DNA of 64,000 nucleotides, taken from the sequence record OP079919.1. One strand, 5' to 3'. Origin of the DNA: Klebsiella phage KPN8. Positions 29,226-39,377 of the stretch are shown piece by piece; the stretch's first letter is position 1, and every line of letters starts with the position of its first letter. Both the position numbers and the translations under genes were made by a program. Under the pieces are notes generated by a model. It was not told the origin of the DNA, did no database searches, and saw only the letters and a program-made list of their open reading frames with translations.

Positions 29226-29338
29226 CTCTCCCTCCGACTATAAAAATTAACGGCCACACATATTACTATGCATGACTCCTAATGAACTTGGGTCATAAAA
29301 TTCAACATGATATTAATCTACATTATTGAGGTTTTATT

Positions 29339-29614
29339 ATGAAATTTACTTCTGCTGTTGCAAAACTCAAACCCGGTTACGGGATTCAGTGCACCGATTG
29401 GAATGGTGCTAATCAATTTGTTTTTGATGCCTCTTTGACCATGTCTCTCGTTGAAGCACGCAAACAGGGATTCCCGGGCCCGGTTAAACTGAAGCCGGTT
29501 TACGTGTTGCATAACGCTAAAGGTGAGCTGCAACCTGGTTGGGTGCCGTCCCAGGGCGATCTTCGCAACGAGAACTGGATCGTTGTCAAAATCAAAGACG
29601 CGTTGGCGAAATGA
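29339..29614 (+). CDS. DUF2829-like protein (Tad2-like candidate)
   Basis: N-terminal MKFTSAVAKLKPGYGIQCTDWNG and C-terminal PGWVPSQGDLRNENWIVV match both DUF2829 signature blocks. 91 aa. Confidence 0.6.
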   Translation: MKFTSAVAKLKPGYGIQCTDWNGANQFVFDASLTMSLVEARKQGFPGPVKLKPVYVLHNAKGELQPGWVPSQGDLRNENWIVVKIKDALAK

Positions 29615-29937
29615 ACTACCATCTCTTCTTCGTCGTAGGATTGACGGTTTGTTTGATCGTTTTTAGTGTCTTTGACGATTACTACACGAAAAGAGCGATT
29701 GGGCTTAAAGGTTACGTTCCTTTCTGGGTCGTCGCCGTAATTCCAGGAAAATCCAAACTTAGTCTTAAACTGATTAAGTTTAAGATGACGTGTTATGTTT
29801 TAGTTTGGATTGCGTGGCTGGTCATTTTATCATCTCCGTTACCTTTTCTTGTTGCGTTGATGATGACGATCTTGGGATTGCTCAGTTGCATCATGTTAGG
29901 ATCGTTGCTTCACAACATCGCTCAATCTAAAAAATAA
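29611..29937 (+). CDS. small membrane protein (3 predicted TM segments)
   Basis: ATG overlaps the upstream TGA (ATGA). The track ORF 29539..29937 extends upstream in-frame, but the coupled start is preferred. Confidence 0.5.
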   Translation: MNYHLFFVVGLTVCLIVFSVFDDYYTKRAIGLKGYVPFWVVAVIPGKSKLSLKLIKFKMTCYVLVWIAWLVILSSPLPFLVALMMTILGLLSCIMLGSLLHNIAQSKK

Positions 29938-29940
29938 ATC

Positions 29941-29971
29941 TAAGTAGGAGAGGTTTCCCCTCTCCTACTTA
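29941..29971 (+). terminator. terminator hairpin TAAGTAGGAGAGG-TTTCC-CCTCTCCTACTTA
   Basis: 13-bp perfect stem. Confidence 0.65.
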
Positions 29972-29988
29972 ATAAAGGATAATCTTTT

Positions 29989-30912
29989 ATGCCCATCATT
30001 ATCGTTCCAGTTAGCGGTGGGGTGGAATCCACTGCTTTACTCCATAAAGCCTTACAAGGTGACAACGAAGTTCATCCTGTATACGTTGCTGTCAACGGCG
30101 ATCCCAGATCATCAGTATTTGATTTAACCGCAGCCGAACATATAGTGAATTGGTTTGAAGAACATAAAGGTGGTTACGTCGGGAGATTAAGACCCTTAAC
30201 GTATATGATCAATCCGGTTTTCTTTCATCTCCATAACAACAACAAAATAGAAAACACTCCGGCCAATTATGGAGTGACCCAACAATTTCAATTGGTTTAC
30301 AACATTAGTCTTCTTCGATCTAAATTTTGGGATTGTAATCCAGGTGTCTGGATTGGTTGGTTAAAGGAGGATGGCAATGAATTTTCTTTTAACGAATACG
30401 ATTTCTCGGCAGAGGAGTATAAGGAACTCTTAAAATTACCCGTGACGCTAGGGACGTTATCTAATATAGATAGAACGTGTAAGCCTTTTAGACCCCCCTT
30501 CTGGGAAATGACTAAATCCGATGTTTATCTAAGCCTGCCTGAAGAGCTTAAAACTTTAGTCGTTCCTAACGGTTCCGAGTATTATAACGGAGACGGTGAC
30601 TTGGTCAGAACGCCTTGGAAAGCTAAAAGGAAAGAATGGATCAATGCGAATATACCTATTAAAGACAGTTATGTGTTTTCAGCAGCTCAGATCTCCCGCA
30701 TAGGGCGATACGCCGGAAAGAAACTCTTGGGGAAAGATTTCAATCTCTCTCCTAATTACGACGCTTTAATCGAATTAGTTTATCGAGACTCTCGATGGCA
30801 CCCACTCCCCTTTACCAATAAAGACTTCTACACCATTTGTAGTGCGAATAACTTAAAAGCCATCGTCAGGGAAGCCCAACACAACATCCCTGCTATCAAA
30901 CTAATCGGTTAG
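29989..30912 (+). CDS. PP-loop ATP pyrophosphatase superfamily protein
   Basis: N-terminal IIVPVSGGVESTALLH is an SGGxDS-type PP-loop with Glu in place of Asp. The motif sits at residues 9-14, as in QueC/MnmA/PAPS-reductase-like families. The family cannot be assigned by eye. Confidence 0.55.
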   Translation: MPIIIVPVSGGVESTALLHKALQGDNEVHPVYVAVNGDPRSSVFDLTAAEHIVNWFEEHKGGYVGRLRPLTYMINPVFFHLHNNNKIENTPANYGVTQQFQLVYNISLLRSKFWDCNPGVWIGWLKEDGNEFSFNEYDFSAEEYKELLKLPVTLGTLSNIDRTCKPFRPPFWEMTKSDVYLSLPEELKTLVVPNGSEYYNGDGDLVRTPWKAKRKEWINANIPIKDSYVFSAAQISRIGRYAGKKLLGKDFNLSPNYDALIELVYRDSRWHPLPFTNKDFYTICSANNLKAIVREAQHNIPAIKLIG

Positions 30913-30962
30913 TTGGATAGTTCATCTATTTTTAGTTCTACATTATCTTTTCGGAGTAATCA

Positions 30963-31151
30963 ATGAAATGTAATCACGATTTTGAAAAACCCACCTATGA
31001 ATTCTTAAAGAAGGAGTTGGGGTTCTTTCATTGTTTTAAACGAACGTGTAAACTATGCGGCCATGTTCACCAACAAGAAGTGAAACGTAAATCAGATGCA
31101 CCTCTCTGGGCTAAAGAAGCAGAAGAGGTATTTCACTATCACAAATTTTAG
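30963..31151 (+). CDS. small Cys/His-rich protein (possible zinc ribbon)
   Basis: CNHDFE...CFKRTCKLCGHVH. Confidence 0.4.
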   Translation: MKCNHDFEKPTYEFLKKELGFFHCFKRTCKLCGHVHQQEVKRKSDAPLWAKEAEEVFHYHKF

Positions 31152-31163
31152 GAGTTAACACCC

Positions 31164-31730
31164 ATGGGTTTCTTTGTTTCTGAAAATGGTCTAAAGGCAA
31201 AGGGTTTAAGGACCCCTAATTGCTCTTGGATTAAAAATGCGAATGATCGATTCTATTCAATCGATAATGGTTGGGAGCGGTATATGAAAGCTTCTACAGA
31301 AGAGATCATTAATGGGGTAAAACGCATTAACCTCAGCTCACCTGATTTTGGTATTAACGATATTTTGATTAGTTTAATCGTTAGATTCAATACCGATATT
31401 CGTTTGAGCAAAATCTTCAGGGAGGTTAACAATAACGACGTCCCTTCTTTGTTTAACGATAACGACTACGTTAAACGCTTTACCCAACGTCCTTACGTAG
31501 AAAACGGGTTATTGAAATATAACAGTTGGACGGTGGGGGTGGGACGTCTGCCAAAAATTCAGTCTTTTGATTGGAGAGTGCATGGATCTGAGGGATTTAA
31601 CGTCATAACTGTTGCCGCCCCAAAACCTAAACTAAAGGTCTGGTTTACAAGAAGCGATAAACCGGGTTACGTTAATTTTGTCGTTAAAGATCAGCCGGGA
31701 CTTAACGAATGGGAGAAAGTTTATGGGTAA
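31164..31730 (+). CDS. hypothetical protein
   Basis: 188-aa ORF. SD GGAGTTAACACCC upstream. Confidence 0.5.
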   Translation: MGFFVSENGLKAKGLRTPNCSWIKNANDRFYSIDNGWERYMKASTEEIINGVKRINLSSPDFGINDILISLIVRFNTDIRLSKIFREVNNNDVPSLFNDNDYVKRFTQRPYVENGLLKYNSWTVGVGRLPKIQSFDWRVHGSEGFNVITVAAPKPKLKVWFTRSDKPGYVNFVVKDQPGLNEWEKVYG

Positions 31731-31941
31731 AGCGGATCGAATTAAAGTTAAACGGGCCGCGAAGTCATTGGCCTCGATGAAAGACGAGATGGCACGGGCG
31801 TTAGACAGGTCGTTTTTAGCCGCAATCGAAGCGTTAAAATCGGTTACGGTCCCACCCCAACCGGCTTTGGTGAAAAGGCCAGAAGTAGAGGTCCTGGAAG
31901 AGGATACGATAGTTGAGGAACGCGGTAATGACAAAACGTAA
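31723..31941 (+). CDS. hypothetical protein (72 aa)
   Basis: Start at the ATG overlapping the upstream stop by 8 nt, with GGGAGAAAG SD. Confidence 0.4.
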   Translation: MGKADRIKVKRAAKSLASMKDEMARALDRSFLAAIEALKSVTVPPQPALVKRPEVEVLEEDTIVEERGNDKT

Positions 31942-32233
31942 GTTACTCTCTGGTCAAGGCATGACACGATCTGAAAAGAAGATTTTCAGATATTTCGAGG
32001 GTCGCGTCTTAAAGGGCCGGCGTAAGTATATTGAAATTACTCGTGATGGAATTTTATCTCGGAAATATGACCGGTCTTTTATGCCCGAGTCGGCATTCGT
32101 CAAGATGTTGGAAAAATCCTTCGGTCACACCTTCGAAGGAAAAATAAACGAACGCTGGTCTGCGAGTTTAGCCAACTATTCTTCTCTCAACAAAAAGGTT
32201 GCTTTTCGCGGACATTTAAGAGATTCTATTTAA
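31928..32233 (+). CDS. small highly basic protein
   Basis: K/R-rich (MTKRKLLSGQGMTRSEKKIFRYFEGRVLKGRRKY). GAGGAA SD. Overlaps the upstream gene. Confidence 0.45.
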   Translation: MTKRKLLSGQGMTRSEKKIFRYFEGRVLKGRRKYIEITRDGILSRKYDRSFMPESAFVKMLEKSFGHTFEGKINERWSASLANYSSLNKKVAFRGHLRDSI

Positions 32234-32259
32234 ACCTAATTACCTACGAGAAATAAAAA

Positions 32260-32763
32260 ATGAGTAAACGAGGATTATCATCCAGCCCCTATAGGAGTAG
32301 GCTCGAAAAGAAAATGCTGGATAAGAGGAGAGCCGGCCTTTTGACGGGACCTAAACTGAGAGGCCGGAAAGCCATTCAGCAGAGGATTCAAATAGATTCG
32401 TTCCTGGAAAATATCATCTCTGATGCCGAATCATGGGCGGAACGACAAAAGATGGAAGAGTGGTTAAAAAATCCGCTTTATCCCTATTGGCGTAAGGATC
32501 CCTTTGAAATAAGGAATTCGGGGATTGTTCCTCCCCCTGCGTTTTCCGGTAAAGACCACCGGATGCTTTCCGAAACACTTAAAAATCTTGTGTTGGCTAA
32601 AACTATTCCTGGTGTTTCTGTAGAGGCGCTGAATGGATCAGCCAATCGCCAGGAAAGTATTCACGAAACATTCTCTTTTTACACCCACAAAAATATTGAC
32701 CTTAGAGATTATCGCAAGGTTCATGGCCGTCCTTTAACTACTAACGGATTCCAACATGGCTAA
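32260..32763 (+). CDS. basic protein (167 aa)
   Basis: K/R-rich N-terminus (MSKRGLSSSPYRSRLEKKMLDKRRAGLLTGPKLRGRK). Confidence 0.5.
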   Translation: MSKRGLSSSPYRSRLEKKMLDKRRAGLLTGPKLRGRKAIQQRIQIDSFLENIISDAESWAERQKMEEWLKNPLYPYWRKDPFEIRNSGIVPPPAFSGKDHRMLSETLKNLVLAKTIPGVSVEALNGSANRQESIHETFSFYTHKNIDLRDYRKVHGRPLTTNGFQHG

Positions 32764-33304
32764 AAGTATCTGGAAACCGGGTGTTAAGATCACCCGTAAA
32801 GAAAAGAAAGCACTTCGTCGTTTAATGCCTCATCCTAATAAAGGTCGCAGACACTACCAGTGGCGGGTAGAAAACTTACGCATTAGCCACATCATGAAAA
32901 ACGTATTGAATGATGACGGTACACTGAATATCGTTCAGGTTGCTAAACGCTCGGTTCGCGTTTCGGCCAAACTCACGATGAAGAGAGAATTCGCGATATC
33001 GCGTGTCCAGGGTAAAGTAAAGGGTCCGATCTTTACAGAAGTCGATAACGCCGGTCAAAATCAAGGAGAGGTCATCGAGAGACTGAGAGCCGGATACCAA
33101 TTCACCGTGACCTCCCCAGAATTAGCGAAAACGATTAGGGAACTCCCCGCTGATATCGATCCGGTCCAATTCAAAGAAACCTGCGATAAGGTTATCGAAC
33201 AATATCTCAGTGATAACATTAAGAACGGAACCGTTAATCCAGAAATAAAAGGAGTACATCTTCGTGGCCAAGCCAGTTACCTATCGTCAGTTCCTAAAGA
33301 ATAA
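32756..33304 (+). CDS. basic protein (182 aa)
   Basis: ATGGCTAA overlap with the upstream gene. N-terminus KITRKEKKALRRLMPHPNKGRRHYQWR. Confidence 0.5.
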   Translation: MAKSIWKPGVKITRKEKKALRRLMPHPNKGRRHYQWRVENLRISHIMKNVLNDDGTLNIVQVAKRSVRVSAKLTMKREFAISRVQGKVKGPIFTEVDNAGQNQGEVIERLRAGYQFTVTSPELAKTIRELPADIDPVQFKETCDKVIEQYLSDNIKNGTVNPEIKGVHLRGQASYLSSVPKE

Positions 33305-33518
33305 CGGCATTCCCAAGGATAAGAAAGAACCTCTTATTCCTACTACGGCGGTATTGCTACCGAAACCTGAGGTTCCTAAAGGGCTTAATTCTAGTCTGCG
33401 CAGTACTGATGGAACGGGAATAGATACCTTCGGTAATTTAGATGGGAGGTCCGGAAAGATCGAAATACTCAACGCTAAGTATGCTCATGGAGAATGGTTT
33501 ACTTGGCCTAACAAATAG
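33264..33518 (+). CDS. hypothetical protein (84 aa)
   Basis: Overlaps the upstream gene by 41 nt in another frame. Confidence 0.4.
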   Translation: MAKPVTYRQFLKNNGIPKDKKEPLIPTTAVLLPKPEVPKGLNSSLRSTDGTGIDTFGNLDGRSGKIEILNAKYAHGEWFTWPNK

Positions 33519-33536
33519 AAAGGGTGGGACGACGTA

Positions 33537-34909
<1,373 letters not shown>

Positions 34910-34910
34910 A

Positions 34911-35354
34911 ATGGGGTTCAATATTAGAATCGCAAACGCAACGGTCGTTCAAACGGAAAACGGATATTTGTCGTTCAAAGTTCCCAGGATCGACCGAGAC
35001 GATGACGTCCCGTTTTCTTTAGGGATATGGGGATCCAATGAGATAATACCGACTTATGGATTCTGGCAAGATTTTTGTGTCGATTTAGGTATAGCCGATC
35101 TCTTTTATTACGAGCTAGAATCTAAAGGGTTGGGTTGCCACCAATATCCTGGCGTGTTGGCGATAACCGAGGAAGTGATCACTAAGCTTAAAACAGCACT
35201 GGAAGATTATCAGAAACGCTACCCGGATATTGAGATCAAAGACGAGCTAACTACTGATCTCACCAGAACGTATCTCCACGGTTTACGCTGGCTTATTTAC
35301 TGGAGCGAACGAGCTTTTAAAAGCGGTCCTCTTCCTGGAATCAGTTTGTCTTAA
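34911..35354 (+). CDS. hypothetical protein
   Basis: Coupled start (TGAAATGG). Confidence 0.5.
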   Translation: MGFNIRIANATVVQTENGYLSFKVPRIDRDDDVPFSLGIWGSNEIIPTYGFWQDFCVDLGIADLFYYELESKGLGCHQYPGVLAITEEVITKLKTALEDYQKRYPDIEIKDELTTDLTRTYLHGLRWLIYWSERAFKSGPLPGISLS

Positions 35355-35367
35355 AAGGCAGGTAACT

Positions 35368-35928
35368 ATGAAACAGAAATTTCATCAAGGCGATTTGGTT
35401 TTTATAAAAGAAGACCTCGGTCCATACATGTCCCATTTCGAAAGTGGGTGTCGGGCTATCGTTCAATACAGTTACAATGATCGTTACGGCGACAAAGATA
35501 AATCAAAAGAGTTTAAAAATGAGTCTGACATCAGCTATTCTCTTTGGTTGGAAGGGAGGGGAAGCGTTGCTTGGTATCAACAGGACCAACTCATTCTCAT
35601 TGAGGCGGGGAGAGGCGATCTCTTAGAACGGTGGGAAAAGGAAGAGGAAGAGAAAAAGGTTAGGGAATCCGATCTGGATTACATCTTTTCCATTAAAGAT
35701 CCGAATCAACTGGGTTATTACAGTCTGCAGGCCTTGGCTGACGTTATGGAACTGGGCTCGCTTTGGGGTTCAAGAGGAGAGGGTGTAGATTTGGTCCGTA
35801 ATCAACACTGCATGCGTATTCTCTTTAGCCGATTCGTGTCGTGTGAAAACCCCAAGGAAGAATTCTTAAAATCAGTGGCTGAATTTAAAGAGAAAGTCCG
35901 GTCCGGTCAAATCGACACACAGATTTAA
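35368..35928 (+). CDS. hypothetical protein
   Basis: SD AAGGCAGGTAACT upstream. Confidence 0.5.
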   Translation: MKQKFHQGDLVFIKEDLGPYMSHFESGCRAIVQYSYNDRYGDKDKSKEFKNESDISYSLWLEGRGSVAWYQQDQLILIEAGRGDLLERWEKEEEEKKVRESDLDYIFSIKDPNQLGYYSLQALADVMELGSLWGSRGEGVDLVRNQHCMRILFSRFVSCENPKEEFLKSVAEFKEKVRSGQIDTQI

Positions 35929-35983
35929 TCAGGTCTTTAATATCTCGTCGTAACGCTCAATAATTTTTAGGGGTATCGACATC

Positions 35984-36391
35984 ATGAAGAAAGATATTGA
36001 AAAACCAAACAGCTTCCATATTACCGAGTGCTCTTTATCATCCGCCAGTTCCCTTTCTTTTAACAAAGAAGGGTTTCTGGAGAATTATACCGGGTTTAAC
36101 GAGCACATTGTTTATACCTCTGATATTGTCGGGGGATATTTAGAAAGAGAAAATGACGAATTAGGCGAAAGCTTATTCGAAGTTCTTTTTGACAGATCCC
36201 GTAGTCCATCCATCGTCTACATTACCGTTCTTAAAAAGAACACGGACGTTCTAGAACTTAACGTGACAATAAAAGATGTGAAAGACTGTTCCGCTTTAAT
36301 AGAAGCGTACGATAAAGTGATCTTGGCTTTTGATGAAACGAGAGAACATTCCCTCGCTAAAGCCTTTGACCTCGCGCTACAATACTGCTAA
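35984..36391 (+). CDS. hypothetical protein, paralogue family A (copy 1)
   Basis: TTTTTAGGGGTATCGACATCATG motif. Shares its N- and C-terminal blocks with 36416..36850. Confidence 0.55.
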   Translation: MKKDIEKPNSFHITECSLSSASSLSFNKEGFLENYTGFNEHIVYTSDIVGGYLERENDELGESLFEVLFDRSRSPSIVYITVLKKNTDVLELNVTIKDVKDCSALIEAYDKVILAFDETREHSLAKAFDLALQYC

Positions 36392-36415
36392 TTTAATTTA
36401 TCTTTAGGAAAAATC

Positions 36416-36850
36416 ATGGAAAATCAAATCGAAAAACCGGATTGCTTTTATATTGCTAAAGGTCATTTGTCCGGATGCAGTTCTTTGTCTTTCGACAAAG
36501 AGGGGTTCTTAAGTAATAATGAAGTCGACGAATCGCTGATTGAAAACCTGGTCGGCGGTTATCTTGAAATAGAAGATCACGAAGACGGACTTAGTTATTT
36601 TGAAGCATTGGTGACCGTCTCGGAAGAACGAATTGGAAGTGGATTTAAAACCCATACGGTGAAACGCCACACACTCCATATCGAAGCCGTCAATGACGAA
36701 TCCGACACCCTGAAATTCACCATCGACAACGTTGATACGAAAGACTTCGACGCGCTAATCGAACGTTACAACGGTGTGATCTCCGCCTTTGATGAGAATC
36801 GTCAACATTCCTTGTACTCGGCCTTTGCAACGGCTTTACAATACTGCTAA
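36416..36850 (+). CDS. hypothetical protein, paralogue family A (copy 2)
   Basis: CTTTAGGAAAAATCATG motif. C-terminal ...HSLYSAFATALQYC versus ...HSLAKAFDLALQYC in copy 1. Confidence 0.55.
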   Translation: MENQIEKPDCFYIAKGHLSGCSSLSFDKEGFLSNNEVDESLIENLVGGYLEIEDHEDGLSYFEALVTVSEERIGSGFKTHTVKRHTLHIEAVNDESDTLKFTIDNVDTKDFDALIERYNGVISAFDENRQHSLYSAFATALQYC

Positions 36851-36874
36851 TCAACACCACTTTTAGGAAAAATC

Positions 36875-37402
36875 ATGTCTGACATCAAACGTATTGCTGA
36901 CTTAATGTACCAATCGGTTATTCAGAATAACCCAGGGATTCTAAAAGCCGGATTGGTTGTCATTGCGACAGACCAAGAAAAAATGGTGAAGTCGGATGTT
37001 CGTTTCATTCCGGTCTCAGCCGCTGTTGGGCCAAATCCGGTCCATGAAAGAATAGAAGCGATTATTAAGGAGGGCGGGTTTTACCTTCACCACCTCGATA
37101 ACGTCTGGGTTGTCACCAATTTCGAAGGGCGGGCACAGGCGGCGTTGTTATACGCGCAACATTGCTTCCAACAATATGCCGTGCGTCTACCACCTGACAG
37201 CGGGTATCGTGGTTATGAAATCAATCCTGGTGTCAGAGTCGAGATCGTTGGGTTCTCCGATCCAACCGCCGAGCCTGAAGAGGCATTCTCGCTTTATGAA
37301 TCATTATGTGCTGAATGCAACCCCTCCCTTGTCAACATAAACGGCGAAGTCCATCTGAAGTCAGACGCTCGTTATCGTAACAGTCACGAGGGCGGTTACT
37401 AA
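36875..37402 (+). CDS. hypothetical protein
   Basis: TTTTAGGAAAAATCATG motif. Confidence 0.55.
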   Translation: MSDIKRIADLMYQSVIQNNPGILKAGLVVIATDQEKMVKSDVRFIPVSAAVGPNPVHERIEAIIKEGGFYLHHLDNVWVVTNFEGRAQAALLYAQHCFQQYAVRLPPDSGYRGYEINPGVRVEIVGFSDPTAEPEEAFSLYESLCAECNPSLVNINGEVHLKSDARYRNSHEGGY

Positions 37403-37429
37403 TAGTCTAAGTAACACAAGGAATAAAAA

Positions 37430-37795
37430 ATGATAGTGAGACTTGTGGTTAACCAACATTGTCGTCTAGGTTGGTGGTTTGAAAGAGAATATTTCTCCTA
37501 CAATAACCGCGATCTGAGAGACCTCGCCCCTAAGAATAGTGAAACTTATTATTCTGGTGGGGAGCACGGCGTTAATCTCTTCACAGAGAAAGGCGATGAA
37601 ATCAGGGCGTGGTTAGAACTCGTCAAAGAAACTTATCCGATTATTGAAGAAGAGATCGGTCTGGTTCTTAAAGAGATCGGAAACAGTAAAGGGGGATTTT
37701 ACGATGTGCGTAAAATCCTGCGAGATCGCAAACCTTCTTTACTTTGGCAGTGGTCTCCAATGAACAAAGATTTCTTGCCTCCTTCCGTTTTTTGA
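37430..37795 (+). CDS. hypothetical protein, paralogue family B (copy 1)
   Basis: Shares DLAP...EEEIGLVLKEIG / GEEVELIVRAIEG blocks with 41412..41804. Confidence 0.5.
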   Translation: MIVRLVVNQHCRLGWWFEREYFSYNNRDLRDLAPKNSETYYSGGEHGVNLFTEKGDEIRAWLELVKETYPIIEEEIGLVLKEIGNSKGGFYDVRKILRDRKPSLLWQWSPMNKDFLPPSVF

Positions 37796-37880
37796 TCTAG
37801 AGCAATGCCCAGACAAGGATGTCGTCAACACAGCTTAGTGCTGTTTCGAGTCAACTAATTAAACTCAACGAGGAATAAAC

Positions 37881-38756
37881 ATGTTAAGAAATATTCACGA
37901 ATGCATCCGCGCTATCGATATTCATTCTGGTGTAGTGATGTCACTCAGACTCAACGCAGATGATCGAGTAGAACGTCTCACTGCGTCGATCATGATCTCA
38001 GATAGATACGATAACCGGTTCTTAATCTTACCAGATGAAATTAGAACATTCACACAAACCATCCGTGAGTTTGTGCACGGAATTATACCAGGATTTAATC
38101 CTAACGCACCTAAACTTCAATATGTCGTAGTAGAAAACCTGAAAGAAAAACGGGTTAACATTTCTTTTAAAGGAACGACGATAAAAGTGGGCGGGGATAG
38201 AGACCCAAGGATCAATCTTACCGAGATTCTTGAAACGATATCACTCTGGCACCCTTTCATTATTCAGTGGCCAATTTACGGGGTGGTTGACTACGCCGAA
38301 TTGAATAAACTAAACAGAATGCTGTTGCTTCATCGAGACTCCGGCAACTTCCTTAAAGTTCTAACTCGACAAGGAAATATGTCCAATCCGTTGACGACCA
38401 TTACCGTAAGAGATGGTCGGGGATCTCACAAGGAGCTGGTGATTTCTAACAGAACCCAATTCTCGATGATTATTTCTGGTACTGCCGGTAAAGACATCTT
38501 GGAGTTGATTATCGAAACGCTCCAATCTAAACCAATGTTAGGTGATCGGAAAGGTCACATCAAAGAGCTGGCAGGGAAGTACGTTTTTGTCTGCTCCTTG
38601 ATAAAAGCCCCTCGTAAAGAAAACTTTGATCGACACCAGCTCACGATTATGAGTGAGGTCGGACCTTATCCTCAAGCTATCCGTTTAAATTTTGAAACAG
38701 ATGAAGAAAGAAATGAAATTATTTCGGGACTGGAACACGCTTTAACAATCGTTTAA
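37881..38756 (+). CDS. hypothetical protein (291 aa)
   Basis: SD CGAGGAATAAACATG. Confidence 0.55.
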   Translation: MLRNIHECIRAIDIHSGVVMSLRLNADDRVERLTASIMISDRYDNRFLILPDEIRTFTQTIREFVHGIIPGFNPNAPKLQYVVVENLKEKRVNISFKGTTIKVGGDRDPRINLTEILETISLWHPFIIQWPIYGVVDYAELNKLNRMLLLHRDSGNFLKVLTRQGNMSNPLTTITVRDGRGSHKELVISNRTQFSMIISGTAGKDILELIIETLQSKPMLGDRKGHIKELAGKYVFVCSLIKAPRKENFDRHQLTIMSEVGPYPQAIRLNFETDEERNEIISGLEHALTIV

Positions 38757-38757
38757 C

Positions 38758-38792
38758 TTATACTCCTACTCCCTTATCGGGAGTAGGAGTAT
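38758..38792 (+). terminator. terminator hairpin TATACTCCTACTCCC-TTATCG-GGAGTAGGAGTATA
   Basis: 15-bp stem with the same loop as the 25159 hairpin. A second hairpin at 38888..38912 (ACCGAGGA...TCCTCGGT plus T6) follows an AT-rich spacer. Confidence 0.75.
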
Positions 38793-38951
38793 AAACCTTA
38801 TTATTTTTTACTTGTATTTATTTATAGATCTTTATTATCAAAGCGTAAACTAAAACAACCGTTAACTTTATATGGTTGGTTTTTCCTAACCGAGGAAATG
38901 GAAGTCCTCGGTCTTTTTTAATACGGAATACAAATTTAGGAAATCAAGATC

Positions 38952-39368
38952 ATGAAAAATATCTTTATCGCCCTCTCTCTGTTCGTTTTCTCTTTCTCCG
39001 CACTAGCTGAAGATTTTGTCTGTAAGACAGAAGCCTATGTCGCCGATCCGAAAGGAACCGATCCGGCAGTAATAACTCACGGCGTTTACAGTTTTGATTA
39101 TAATCGCGCTACCGACGTTTTAACCAAAATCGATGGTAAGAAAGATGACTTCGCAGTCCCTACCTTTGCGGTAGGTAAGGACGACAAAGGCATCACCGTC
39201 CGCGTGGGGTATAAAGGCAAAATGGTATATTGGTTTGGGTTTAACGGCCGGGCTATCGATTCCGTCATTCTGGCGGAACATAAAACCATGATAACCCGAG
39301 ATTCTTTTAAAGGGGATACCATGGCGAAAACTGTTTATTTGAAAATGTACAGCGACTGTTCTTATTAA
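38952..39368 (+). CDS. small secreted protein (signal peptide)
   Basis: MKNIFIALSLFVFSFSALA-EDF signal peptide. TTTAGGAAATCAAGATCATG motif. Confidence 0.55.
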   Translation: MKNIFIALSLFVFSFSALAEDFVCKTEAYVADPKGTDPAVITHGVYSFDYNRATDVLTKIDGKKDDFAVPTFAVGKDDKGITVRVGYKGKMVYWFGFNGRAIDSVILAEHKTMITRDSFKGDTMAKTVYLKMYSDCSY

Positions 39369-39377
39369 GGGACGACG

